Source: Vicugna vicugna (taxonomy: Eukaryota). Taken from it: DNA of 64,000 bases. Positions 1 through 12,300 of this stretch are shown one piece after another. The notes beneath the pieces are model-generated. The model did no database searches, was not told the DNA's origin, and saw only the letters and a program-made list of their open reading frames with translations. Every line of letters begins with the position of its first letter. Position 1 is the first letter of the stretch. Position numbers and translations under genes: made by a program. Location of the stretch: assembly GCA_013265495.1 (NCBI GenBank), contig MU059330.1, positions 14,083,980-14,147,979 of the forward strand, read 5' to 3'.

Positions 1-605
1 GAGAAAGGACAGACAATAAACACAGAGCACAGCAAAGGGAAGGCTTGAATCCAGCTCTATCAGTAACCGCACGGAACACAGACTGAAGCTCCTAGACGAC
101 AGCTGCGAGGCCAGACTGAGCCACAGCCACCAACCTGGCTGCACGCCGTCTAAACACACCCTGAAAGTTTAAAAAAAGGGAAATATAATATGCAGACGTA
201 ACCACAAAAAGGCTGGTGTAGCAAGATTCAACCACACGAAGTGACCTTTAAGACGAGGAGAATCACGGTGTAGACAAACACTGAGCGATAGAAGGTTCAG
301 TCCAGCTAAATGCGCGCGTCCCTCGCGACAGCTTAAAATACATTTAGCAAACAGGGGCGGAATGAAAAGGAGAAATAAACAAATCAGCAGAGCTGGAGAT
401 TTTAACACACTTCTCTCCGTGAGCAGTAGAACCACCAGGGAAAGAAACACAATTATACGGAAAATGTGACCAACGCCGTTTACCACATTGACTGAATGGC
501 CATTAAACATGCACATAAAGCAGCTGATCAAATAGACCCTATGCTTGGCTAGAGAGTAAATTTCAAGACATCTTAAAATGTTTAAATCACACCAAGTACG
601 CTCCC
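1..605 (+). mobile_element. Degenerate LINE-1 ORF2 5' (endonuclease-region) relic
   Basis: A-rich sequence collinear with the recalled L1M ORF2 start (aaggctggtgtagc, cttaaaatacatttagcaaa, gaaaaggagaaataaacaaatc, ctggagattttaacacac, aaatagaccctatgc). No intact ORF. Boundaries approximate. Confidence 0.7.
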
Positions 606-3200
606 TCATTGAGAGGAAGCTCCCCACATTCCAGGGGCAGGACCGGGCTCCCAGCCCGCCAGCCGCACAGGAGCTGGCAGGTGTCCGCCCGGGGGCAGAG
701 CAGCGCCAGGGCTGCAGCGCGGCCAGCCTCTGCCCCGTGGTTGCCAAGGGCCGCTCCGGCTCTGGGTAATTCTTTTAAACTTAGAGTGAACTAGTCCGCA
801 ATTTTGCTTCCAGTCAAGATGGCAAAACGGAGACTGGATTCGCCCTTCGTCCCAGAAGAGGTCACAGATGGAAACGCAGAGGGGTCTGCCTGAGTCGTGA
901 AGAAAAAGTAACCCCTCCACAAACCCAAACCCAACCCCGGTCCCGCCAGACAGAGCTTAGAGGCAAGACCTGAAGGGACAGCCAACCCTCTGGGAGCAAC
1001 TTCCCTACGGCCCAAGGTTCCAGAACACTCAGGGGAACACAGCCGTCCAGCACCCAGAGAGGAAAGCTTACAACCCCTCAGACCCAGCCAGAGGCCACCG
1101 GAGGCAAGACGAGCGGGAAGGAAGACCCGTAGGCCCCACAGCCACACCCAGAAGCGAGTCTGGCCATGGCACTGACAGTCCCTGTGCAGCATACCTGGGC
1201 CCCTCGTTCAAACGCCCGCGAGGAGCGAGAGCGATGGTGCTTGGCTGAGACTGAAAGGTGTCTTTTAAATAGCACACATGCAGATTCTGTCGGTGACAAC
1301 CATGATGTTTGCAATGCAAGCTGCCCGGGTTGGGCTGGAGGGCGGATTCGGCGCCACAGAGGAGCCAGCAAGCGCACGTGAGGACACAGCAGTGGAGACT
1401 ATTCAGAGCAGCACAGAGAAGAGGGACAAGCAGCCGAGCTGAGCCCCAGCGAGCTGCGGGGCCTCCCGCCCCCCGACGCACGCGCTGCTGCGGCTCCCAC
1501 AGGGAAAGGGCGAACAGAGAAGTATGCGGAGGAACACTTCCCCAGATGCGGCACGAACTGTAAACCCGTGGATCCGAGGAGCTCAGTGAATTCCAAGCAC
1601 AAGAGCCGTGGAGGAAACTACATCAGGTGCATCGAAATCCACTGCTTAAAACAAAGAGAAAGTCAGAAACCAGAGGAAAAGGACACACTTCACGCAGAAG
1701 AACAGGGAGACACAGCGGATTTCTCTTCACAGACAACGGAAGCCAGAAGTCAGTGTCTGCCGAGTCTGCAGAGGAAAAGAGCACGGCCAGCCTGGATTCC
1801 TCACTCAGCAAAAATACCTTTCAAGGCAGAGGAATACAGATGTTTCCAGACACAAAAGCTGAAGGAATACACCACTGGCCAGCAGGCCTCGCCGCACAGT
1901 GTGAAAGCGAGTCCTTCAGGCAGGGGGGCAGTGACTCCACTTTGAAATCCGGATCCACACGGGGGGCGAGGGGGCGCAGACATGACGGTCACAAGGGCGG
2001 CTGTCAACACGGCTTCCTGCACTACTCAGGTCTCTTTCAGCAATGACTGACTGTCCAAAGCAAAGCGGGTAGTGTGTTCTGGGGCTCATGACACCTGGAC
2101 AGCAATGGCGAGGCGCCAGGAGCGGTAAACAGAGTGCCCCTCGTGTGTCCTAAGGACGTGTGCAGCAGTGTGATGCCACTTGAAGGAGGCACCAAAATGA
2201 CACGACAGATGTAGCTAAGGGTCCAACAAAGTGGGGAGAACGTGGCACTCAAGAAGAAAACCCTCAGTCTGAAGGGCAGCAGCGGCGGCGGTGCAGGGGA
2301 GAGGACGCAGTGCAGCAGACGGTGCGTCCCACCCAGCCGCGCCAGCACCGCACTCGCCGCACACGGTCGGACGGCCTCAGTGATCCGCGGAAATCATCAG
2401 GCCGGACACAAAAGCGAGACCCGAGCACACGAGGCCTACACGGAGCAGGCGTCAGGTGGACGCCAGCTGGCCAACGGAGAAGGGCGGCAACCACGCCATC
2501 AGAAGAAGGAGGGGTGAGCGTCCCTCAGAGCCGGTTAGCAGGCCCGAGCAAGGTCATTTCACGACAAGAACTCAGGTCCCAGGAGACACAGCCCTAAGAC
2601 ACATCAGCGAGCCCCCACGTGAATGAAGCAAAGACGGCGGGACCACAGGCCCTACGAGGCCGCCCGCCCTCCCACGCACAGCGCTGTCGGCGCCTCTCCC
2701 CGCGACCGCGACCGAGCGGGCAAGGGGGCGGGGGCTTTGCAGGGAAACAACGCGAACTAACTTGCCCTCCGCGAGGGTTACACAGCGTTCACGCAGCAGT
2801 AACGGCGCACACAGTCTCCTCAAAAGCACGAGAAAACCTTCCCAAGTGTGACCGTATTCTGAACAATAAAGTGAGTCTCAATAAGCTTACAAGGACTCAA
2901 GCGATAGAAGTGTGGTCTCTAAGAAGGGGCAAACCACTTAGACACCAACGTAAGAAATACATTCAGAGAATAATAAAATAAAGAAAAACACTCATAAAGC
3001 CCTCAAATATCTGGAAACTAATTAACATGTATAAATACTAGTGGGTCAAAGAAGAAAGCAAAAGCGAAATTTAAAAATTTTTAACTGACTGAAAACAAAA
3101 ACAATGTATCAGCTGTATGGAATTCAGCTGCAGCAGCGCTTGCGGGGGACTAGTGGCACTGAAGGTCTAAACTGAAAAGGGATAAGAAGGAAGAAAAGAG
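606..3200 (+). mobile_element. Ancient LINE-1 relic: 5'UTR, ORF1 3' part and ORF2 5' part
   Basis: ~950-1020 resembles an L1M 5'UTR motif that recurs inverted at ~39840-39960. 1580-1950 resembles the ORF1 end (gcggatttctcttcacagacaacggaagccagaag, gcaaaaatacctttcaagg). 2780-3200 resembles the ORF2 endonuclease region (ctcaaatatctggaaac, gggtcaaagaagaaa). Confidence 0.6.
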
Positions 3201-3229
3201 TGACGGTCACGAGTCAGTGAGCACCTCCA

Positions 3230-5090
3230 CCTGGAGAAACCCCAGCAGGCTTTTCTGCATGGAAATCGGAAAGTTAATTTTAAAATTTGTATAAAAATGC
3301 AAAGGCCCTAGAATAACCTGAACAACTTTGAAAGAACAAAGCTGTTTGACTGACATCCCCTGACCTGACGAGGTGTTAAAAAAACCACAGTAACCACGAC
3401 GGCAGAGCACTAGCCAGCTCAGGCCGCCGTGGCAGAAGCCACCACCGGCTGGGGGCTCAAACGGCAGAGACGGAGCTCCGCTTAGCCCTGGGGCTGCGTC
3501 AGATCGAGATACTGGCCAGTCTGGTTTCCGGCGTGCGCTCTCTCCCCGCTCGCAGACCGACGCGGTCTGGCTGTGTCCTTACGCAGCAGAGAAAGAGAGA
3601 GACAGAGACAGAGACAGAGAGGAGAGGGGCTCCTCTTTGTGGAAGACCACAGTCCTGTTAGAATAGGGCCCCACCCTGATGACCTCATTCACCCTTAACG
3701 ACCTCCTGCAGACCTTACCTCCAGACACAGTTACATTAGGGGTGAGGGCATGCTGGACACAATTCATCTGCAGAAAGCATGGTATTGGCACCAAAACGCC
3801 AGCCAATGGCACTGATGATCGTAAATGAATAGATCAGCGAAGCAGAGGCCTCAGAAACAAACCCTCAGCATATGGTCATGATTTTTCAACAAAGGTGCCA
3901 AGGCCGCTCCAAGGAGAAAGGGTGTCTCTTCCAAGGAGAAAGGGTGTCTCTTCAACAAATGATGCTGGAACAACTGGACATTCACATGTGAACAGAAGGA
4001 CTTTGATCTCTGCCTTACACCAGGTTAATTTAAAATGAATCATATAAGTAACTGTACAGCCTAAATTTTTAAAACTCTCAGAGGAAAACTCAGGAGAAAA
4101 TGTTTGTGACGTCGGGTTAAGTAAAAGTGTCTCAATTTAAGCAGGATTCATAAAGGAGAACAAATCAGTAAGTTGGACTTCATCAAAATGAGCAACTCTG
4201 TTCTTCAAAAGACTCAAGAGAATGAAAAGACAATATAAGATTGGGGGGAAATGTTTGCAAAGCAGCCATCAGACATGGAAAGGGCGTACATCTAAAACAG
4301 GCAAAGAACACTCAAAACTCAGTAATAATACAACAAACAACTTGAATGCGCAAAAGATTTGAACATACACTTGTCAAGAAGTTACCCTGATGGCACCACG
4401 CACGTGAAGAGCAGCCAAGACACGCTGGTCACTGGGAAAATGGGGCAGTACCACGTGCCTATTAGAATGACTGAAACTAAAAAGACTGGCCATGCTAAGT
4501 GCTGAGGAGGACATGGAGCAATGGAAGCTCACAGCCTGTTTGTGGAGATGTCAAAAGTGCAACCACTTGGCAGAACAATTTGACAGCTTTTAATAACAGG
4601 TAAACATACATCCACTAAATGACCCAGCCGTTGCCCAAGTAAGTCTCCACTCAGGAGAAATGAACGCACACCTTGCAAAGACTCGTGTGCAAATATTCAC
4701 GGCAGTTTTACTTGTAAGAGCCCGACACCCATCGGCAGGTGGATGGATAAATAGACTGCGCTCTATCTGTGTGATGGAGTACTACTCAGCACTGAAAAGG
4801 AACACACTGATTTGTGTAACAACATACATTCATCTCAAATAGGCTGAGTGGAAGAGAATAGATCCCCAAACAGTTCCATTTACATAAAGTTCTAGAAAGA
4901 ATGAGTGAATTGACAGTGGGCAGTTGAGCGGTTATGGGTCGGGGTGGGCAAAGGCGAACTATGCAGGGGCGAGAGGACAGTGCGAGAGGTGCCCTCAGCG
5001 TGTTCCGGGGCCACACAGACGACTTACCAAATAGCACACCTGACACACGTGCAGTGTGTTGCACGCCAGTCACACCCCAACAAAGCTGTT
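3230..5090 (+). mobile_element. LINE-1 ORF2 3' end and 3'UTR relic (L1MB/MC-like), interrupted by an LTR fragment
   Basis: Hallmark L1 3' motifs: gatttttcaacaaaggtgccaagg, tcttcaacaaatgatgctggaacaactggacattcac, ttggacttcatcaaaat, aaatgacccagc, gatggagtactactcagcactgaaaagg. Confidence 0.75.
3490..3770 (-). mobile_element. MaLR (MLT1-type) LTR fragment
   Basis: Reverse complement reads tgaattgtgtcc...aatgtaactgtgtctggaggtaaggtc...ttaagggtgaatgaggtcatcagggtggggccctattctaacaggactg, typical of MLT1 LTRs. Confidence 0.65.
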
Positions 5091-7099
5091 AGTGAAGCAA
5101 GGACACAAATGGCAAGATAACGACAGAAGATAAGATGTTTTGCTGGGATGTTGGGATTACAAGACATTTCCTTTGTCCTCCAGTCTTGTTCCTTTCCAGC
5201 ATTGTTTTGGCTCCACTAGGTCCATACACATTTTAGAACCAACTTCAAAAAAGCCAGTTAGAACTTTGGTTGGAATTGAGGGGACTCTCCCGGGACTCTC
5301 CCGCCACCTGCCCCGCCGGCCCTCCCCCAGCTCTGCAGCTGCAGCCGGTCCCCCCCCAGACGGTGAGCAACTGCCCTGAGGGTGAGCAGGATGATGCCCT
5401 GAGTTCTGCCTTCACCCATCCAGGGCTCCCAGCCCACGGCAGCCATGCTGAGGACAAGTCTGGGGCAAAGTTCCAAGAGCTCGAAGGCTGTGGTTTAACC
5501 AGCTCTTAACCACAGGATTCCGATGGAGCAGGCGGCTCACAATCTCTCTCCTGTGGCCAGGCTGCCGGCACAGCTCCCTGGTCACAAACACCCCCAGGGC
5601 TCTTCTGAGTCGTGGTTAGAGGTGGGGGTTGGCAGGGCTGGAGGGCCCAGGCTGCACTTGTCTCACCTGAGCCCAGGCCAACATCCTCCACTGGGTCCAC
5701 GCTGCGCCTGGACGGGGAGGCTGCCCTGCCGTGCTCCCCCCACCCCTGCTCCCTCTTTCCTGCACATTGGGCAGGGGCCTCGGCTGCTCCCCAGGACTCA
5801 GCTCCTCCCCAGGTGTCTCTGTCCAGTGTGTGTGCTTTCAACACGTATGGCAGAGCTCGCCCCTCCTGCCCTGCGTTCCTGCCTCTCAAACGCAGGGCTG
5901 CTCTTTTTCCTTGAAACCCACACTGAGGAGCAATGTGGGGAGAGTCATCCTGCTGTGACAGCCCCTGGGGCAGCGCAGGTGCAAGGTGGCTCGCCACCAT
6001 CTTCTGAAACCCCTGTCCCTTCTCTGAGTATGCGTCCCCAAAATGCCTACTGAAATCCTAACCCTCGTGCAGCGGTGCTGGAAGGTGGGCCCTGGGAGGT
6101 CACGAGGACTGGGTCCCCAGGAACGGGGCCGATACTCTCGTAACAGGCGCCCCAGAGCACTTGAACGTCCCTTCTGCCACGTGAGGACTTGGCCTCCAGC
6201 CTCCAGCACTGCCACATACATTTCCGTTATCCTAAGCTGCCCAGTCCGTGGTATGTGTTACAGCGGCCAGAGGGACCGAGGCACTGGGTCGTGGGCTCCC
6301 CTGCAGGGTCCTTACTCAGCCCGCGGCCTGGAAGAGCAGTCCCTGCCAGCTCCCCCGGATGCCAGCCACCCCCAGTCAGGAGGCTATGGGAGAGGCAGCG
6401 AGGTGTGGCCTCAGGATAAGGCCCAGGTGGTGGGAGGCGGGGGCACGAGAAGCCAAGGTGCTCTGTGGACCCCTGGCAGAGGGACACTGCATCTGTGACA
6501 CTGCTGAGCAGGGTGGAGAGTGGGGACACATGTGGGCCCGCCTCGCAGCAAATACACAGCGAGAAAATCAAAGCATACTTGGGGGTCGGGGTGGGGAGGT
6601 GACTGCCCCAGGCTTGGTCGCCAGGCCCCCGTCGACGTGCAGAGCCAGGGCAGCCACCTACCTACCTTGATGCTGGTCTGCACCTGAGGGTCCTGGGCCG
6701 GCTTGGTGGCCGGGGGACGCCACTCCGCTGTGTGGTGAGGGCCCAGTCCTGCCAGGGGCGTCTCTGCAAAGACTCCAGTCAGTCTCCTCCCAGAGCCAGT
6801 GCTGACGCCGGGCTCACCAGGCCAGTCCACAGAAATCGTTCTCCAGTGCCAGTGTGACTCCTGACCCTTGGTTCCAATCCATTAGCGCTCGATGTGGCAA
6901 TGCACGGGGACCCTCTGCTCCTTGCCCCGCGCTGAAGGGAGACCAGGCCCTGCTCACGTGGCCACAGAAGGACCCACGTCTCCGCAGCCCAGATCCAAGC
7001 GACAATCTGGTACCTCGAGGCCCAGATACCTGGGTGCACAGCAGGAGAAGAGACGGCCAGACTGGGCTGGGTCTGAGCCCGTCCATCCGGGCAGGGGCA

Positions 7100-8350
7100 G
7101 GGGTCGTGTCATCAGCTAGAAACGCGACAGGACACCAGGCGCCGGACTGGCATCCTGGCCGCTAGGCTCCCCCTCCAACTCCAAGTAAGAGAGTAAGATC
7201 GCAGGTCCGGAGACGTCCCCAGGGCGCCAGCCGTCGGGAGGGGCGGCCACAGTGGAGAAAACGTCTGGGGACAGCATGGTGGGGGGTGGGAGCACGGGGG
7301 AGGGATCGGCAAGACCGGCTCCGCTCGGCGGGATCCCGCGCGCCCGCCGCCCAGCTCCCTCCCGCAGCCCGCGGCTCCTGCCGGGCCTCGCTGGGCGGAG
7401 CGGTGGGTGGGCCGAGGCAGCCCCCAAAGGCAGCCCTGGGGGGATGCAGGCGAGGTGGGAGGGAGACGGAAAACCTCCCGTCTGGGTCCTCCGAGGCCTG
7501 GGACCCTAGGTGTCCCCGCTGCCACGCGCCCCGGGCTCCGGGAGGCGCAGGGCCTCGGGCAGAGCGCGCCGCTGGCAGCGGACTGGCGCCGCCGCCTCGA
7601 CCCTGCGGTCCAGGTCCCGGGGGCGGGGTGCAGGGGCGGGGCCGAGCTCGTCCCCCGCCCACCCGGGCGGCCCGCAGGCGGAGCCAGGGCGGGTGGGCGC
7701 CCCCGTTGGCGGGCGGGGCGGCCCGGCGACAAGATAAGAGCCCGGAGCTGCGAGGGACCGGAGAAGGAGCTTTGGTGGACGATCGGCGGTGGGATCCCAG
7801 GCGGAGCCAAGGCCGGGCACGCAGGTGAGGCCGGGCCGCTCCCTTCGCAGGCGTCCCCCGCACAGCCTTCGAGGGCGCCGCTCCCCACTCGGATCCCGAA
7901 GGCTGCGGCCGAGGGGCGCCTGGCAGGGGCGGGCGCCGTCGGGAGTGCCACATCCCGCAGGCGGCGGCGTCTCCAAAAGTGGCCAACAGTTGTGCACAGC
8001 GCCCCGCAACAGTGCCATTGGCGACCTTAAGGCGATCTGTGGCCGCGCGGCGTGTACACAAGAGGGGGTGGGGGCTGGTGTGCGCCCCTCGCGGGCCCTC
8101 GCCCGGCCCTGCCCCAGGCGGGGAGCGGCTCGGGCAGGGGGCGGCTGTCCCAGGCCTCCGTGCCGTGGACTCGGGGGCGGCAGCTGTGGCTGATTCCGCC
8201 CTTGAGCCAGACGCAGCGCAGGGCGAGGCGGACCCGGGCCGGCGGCCCCTGACCGAGCGCGGGTGGTTTTCCCAGGCAGCTGCTGCCTCTCGCGGGGTTT
8301 GGTCTTTGATTTTGAGATGAGGTGGGGCACGGGGTTGCGGGGCGTCCAGG
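7100..8350. promoter_or_regulatory. SLC6A3: CpG-island promoter of SLC6A3, with GC boxes and a TAAGA TATA-like element at 7735-7739
   Basis: Very high CpG density. Multiple GGGCGG Sp1 boxes at 7619-7725. TAAGA lies just upstream of the sequence resembling human exon 1, matching the TATA-less layout described for the human DAT promoter. Confidence 0.85.
7750..7824 (+). other. SLC6A3: SLC6A3 non-coding exon 1 (start approximate)
   Basis: Ends in a strong donor gcag|GTGAGG at 7824/7825. Sequence resembles recalled human exon 1 (ctgcg...ggag...gctt...ggcc ggg...cag). TSS not determinable from sequence. Confidence 0.65.
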
Positions 8351-8794
8351 CTGCCTGCAGGGAAGGACCGGAGCTCCGTTTCTGTTCTGGGTGCAGATCC
8401 ACGCTTCCTCAGAACCACGTTCTGCTTCCTGTGCCCAAGCCTGGCCTCTGAGGTGGCGGCTTCGGGAGTGTGTGGGTTCACCCCAAATGCCCAGCCTGGG
8501 GTTTCCCGGCAGGTGGTCCTCGATGCGCCTGCGAGGGCCGCTGTCAGAGCAAAAAGGCTGTGATCTGCCACCAGTTCAAGTCCATCCCTCCCCAAGCAGA
8601 CCCCACAGCCAGCCAGTCCCACCCTCTCCTCTGGTGAAGCCCCTCCTGGGCCTCTTCACTCACCCTAGGAAAGTGCTGCCGGGTTTGTCATGGAGAAGCC
8701 GCGCAGAAGATGGCTTGTGCTCTGAGTTTTGTTCAAACTTGGATGAAGAGGGAAATTACCCCATTACTGCTGCCATCCTGCTCCCTTCTGCTCC

Positions 8795-8858
8795 TGTGTG
8801 TGTGTGTATGTGTGTGCGCGCGTGCGTGCGCACACACACACATATGCACGCGTGCACA
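8795..8858. repeat. 64-bp uninterrupted alternating pyrimidine-purine tract, (TG)n-(CG)n-(CA)n
   Basis: Read directly from the sequence. Confidence 0.9.
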
Positions 8859-9694
8859 AGTGTGTACAGCTGAAACAAAATGCCAGAAGAAGTATATTTG
8901 CAGCTGCCCTTGGCCTCGAGGGCCCCCCTGCTCTTGGCTGTGACTGTGTAATTTCTTCTGTTCTCCTGGATTGAAGTCCCCAGAGTTTCATGAACATAGC
9001 TCAGAGCCAGTTTCCCTGGTAAAGATGCTAGTTCAGGAGCTAGTCCTATAAATGTTCAGGTGCAGCCTGGCAGGAAGCTCTCACCAGGTGCGTCCAGGTG
9101 GGGCCACAGGCAGACAGGGCTGGTGCAGCCGTCCCTTGAAGGAAAGCATTGTCATTGTTACTTTTAATCATTGAGTTCCTGTGGCTGACATTAGTTTTAA
9201 AAATTTGCTCTCCACTTTCATCGCCAACTATAAAGAACACATACGTACAGTTGTGGCGTCTCACTGTTGAACACTCTTCGAGGATTGTAACATTGTTCCC
9301 TGGCACTGTGGGGGAGGGTGGAGGTAACATCTTGTGTTATGATTAAAACCAAATTCGAGATTACGCAGCCTTGCACTTTGATAGGAATGGGGAGGGCGCC
9401 GGGGGAGGAGGGCGCAGAGCAGGTGTCTGTCCCGAGCTTCCACAGCCCATCTCCCAGCCCTGCCAGGTGGGCTGGCCCAGTCCTAGCAGCCCCATCCCTG
9501 GTTGCATCCTCTCAGGGGCCTGGAATGTGTTTGTTCTGCTCCGAAGCAGCAGCTGTGAAAGCTTTACTCTCCATCAGGCCACCGGTGCATCGCCGTCCTG
9601 GCTGCTAAACCATTGCATTCCTGTGTGTGTTCATTTTCATGCCAGCTGAAGACCAAGAGCAACAGCGCACCACGTTCCCGAGTCCAGGTCGCCC

Positions 9695-9980
9695 ATGAGT
9701 CAAAGCAGATGCTCTGTTGCACTGATGTCTTCTGCTGTGGCCCCCGCTAAGGAGCCCAATGCCACCGGCCCGAAGGCGGTGGAACTGGTCCTGGTCAAGG
9801 AGCAAAATGGGGTGCAGCTCACCAACTCCACCCTCGTCAACCCCCCGCAGACCCCCGAGGAGGCCCAGGAACGGGAGACCTGGGGCAAGAAGATTGACTT
9901 CCTCCTCTCCGTGATCGGCTTTGCCGTGGACCTGGCCAACGTCTGGCGGTTTCCATACCTGTGCTACAAAAACGGCGGGG
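9695..9980 (+). CDS. SLC6A3: Sodium-dependent dopamine transporter, exon 2 (first coding exon; N-terminus and TM1, including Asp79)
   Basis: [13 protein letters not shown]...[36 protein letters not shown]. 286 coding nt. Donor g|GTGAGT at 9981. Acceptor at 9651/9652 (alternative AG at 9645). Confidence 0.98.
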
Positions 9981-10569
9981 GTGAGTCGTGCTGCCCTCCC
10001 CGTGCGCTCCCCCAGGGCTGGAGCCAGGGGGCAGCTGGAGGAAGGGCTTTGGAGAAGCGCAGCATCAGCAGGGTGCAGGTCTCCCCGGGCGGATGTGGGG
10101 CTCAGGGATCTCGTGGCCTGTCACCGAGGCCAGGAAAGCAGAGGCAGGGGCTGGTGGTCAGAGGCACTTGGCTCTGCTTCTGTTTCCAAAGATGATTTCA
10201 CTCTGGGAAAGAAGATCCTCAAAGGCCCAAAGAATGGCACCTGGCCAACTCACCAGTGTCTACAAAGTGCTCCAAGGCCCTTGAACTTGGAGTAGCCAAG
10301 ATGCACCAGACGACTGCCTATCTCCCTCCCCTGCTGCCCCCAGTCCCTGAACAGCCAGTTCTAGAACCAGGATGCCTGGACCCCAGGCAGAAAACTAAGA
10401 AGTGGCACAGGGCCGCCCAAAATATTCAAGTTGAGAAGCCACTGGGCTGGTGCCAGGTTCCTGTGAGTTCCCCGAATGCTGCCGCTGGGCAGCCAGCCCT
10501 GCTGCACAATCGCAGGGCCTCTGGAGACCTCCTTGGGGTGGGATGCCTTCCAGTGTGCCTGTGAGCCGG

Positions 10570-10700
10570 TGGGCATTACTGTCCCCAACCTGAGGGGAGA
10601 AGACTGAGGCCTGAGCAAATACAGAAGTTCCCCTAAGACATCTCCTGGACCCCCCTCCCCAGAAGCGAGCTGTGCAAAGCCCCACTCATCTGAGACAGAG
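10570..10700 (+). mobile_element. MIR SINE fragment
   Basis: cattactgtccccaacctgaggggagaagactgaggcctgag resembles the MIR core (attatccccattttacagatgaggaaactgaggc). Confidence 0.45.
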
Positions 10701-11215
10701 CAAGAGGGCTTAAGGAGGCTGAGCCCGTGGGGCCCTGACGTTGGTGATCTGATGAGGAACTGGCTGCTTCCCTGGAGAGTCTCCAGCCCCCAGGGCAGCT
10801 CCTGCCCCCAGAGAGCTTGGGTTCTGAACTCAGGGCTCAAGATGAATGAAAGCCCCCAGGCAGGGTCGGATCCCAGAGGAATCACTACTCAGGAGGGCAG
10901 ACGTTTGTGCAGGGGAGAGGGAGGGGCCGAGGGCGGGCCCCCGGCAGGGGAAGGGACGGCAGTGTCCTCTGGTCATCTGCTCCCATGCACGAATTGTAAC
11001 TCGGGGTGGGAGGTGCCTGGGACCGCAGCAGGGGGTGTCAGGGCCCTCATGGCCGCAGGGCCGGGCATTAGGGCAGGAGGCTCACCCACGCCCGCTGCAA
11101 TTTTCCTTTGTGGGGTGGACACACGGGAGCTTCAGGGAGAGACAGGGACAGGGCCCTGGGGTGAAAATGGCCATGCCCAAGCATGTGCCGGGCAGGGCAG
11201 CCGCGGCCGCAGTGA

Positions 11216-11644
<429 letters not shown>

Positions 11645-12069
11645 TAAATGGTAGAAAAGATGAAACACTCACCTGTTGATCTGTCGTCTCTCCTCGGTCA
11701 GTTGTCCATCCGTCCATCTGCACTGGTTTGTTCCGCTGCCGTACAAAGTGCCACAAGCCGAGGGGCTTCAACAGCAGGGTCATTGTCTGGAAGTTCTGAG
11801 GTGAAGTCAGGGGATTGGGGGCGATCCCTTCTGAGGGCTGGAAGAGGGTCCAGGATGCTACCCGTGGGCCGTGGCTCGCGGCCTTCTCCCCGTGTCTTCA
11901 CGTCTTCCCTGCATGTGTCTCTGGCCCTTTCCCGAGGGACGTCAATCACCCTGGGCTCAGGCCCACCCTGACAGCCTCACTTTAACTTGATTTTCCCTGT
12001 AAGGACCCTGCTTCCACATAAGTCCACATTCTGAAAAACTGGGGGTTAAAACAGCAACAAACAAATTTT

Positions 12070-12300
12070 GGAGGACACCGTCCACCCGTCACACTGTCCG
12101 TCCACCTGTCATCCATGCAGCCACCCATCAGTCTACTCGTCTATCCACCTACCATCTGTCACCCAGCTATCTGTCACATGCGGACCAATCGTCTGTCACC
12201 CCCCCCCCACCGACCATATTGTACCTGCTTACCCAGCACCTGTCGTCTGTCTCTGTAGCTGTCATCTCTCCAACCATCTGGCTGTTCACTGAGCTGTCCC
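12070..12300. repeat. Degenerate (CCAT/CCGT/CTGT)n simple repeat
   Basis: Repeated tcca/ccat/ctgtc units seen directly. Confidence 0.6.

Noticed and set aside
7995-8016. RE1-like cacagcgccccgcaacagtgcc in intron 1 (and tgagctgtcccggctgctaac near 12290)
   Set aside because: Several mismatches in core positions and altered spacing; not distinguishable from chance, although an NRSE-like element has been described in human intron 1.
7162-8622. 486-aa minus-strand ORF and other long ORFs across the CpG island
   Set aside because: Low-complexity Ala/Pro/Arg/Gly content, as expected from stop-codon scarcity in very GC-rich DNA. No recognisable domain.
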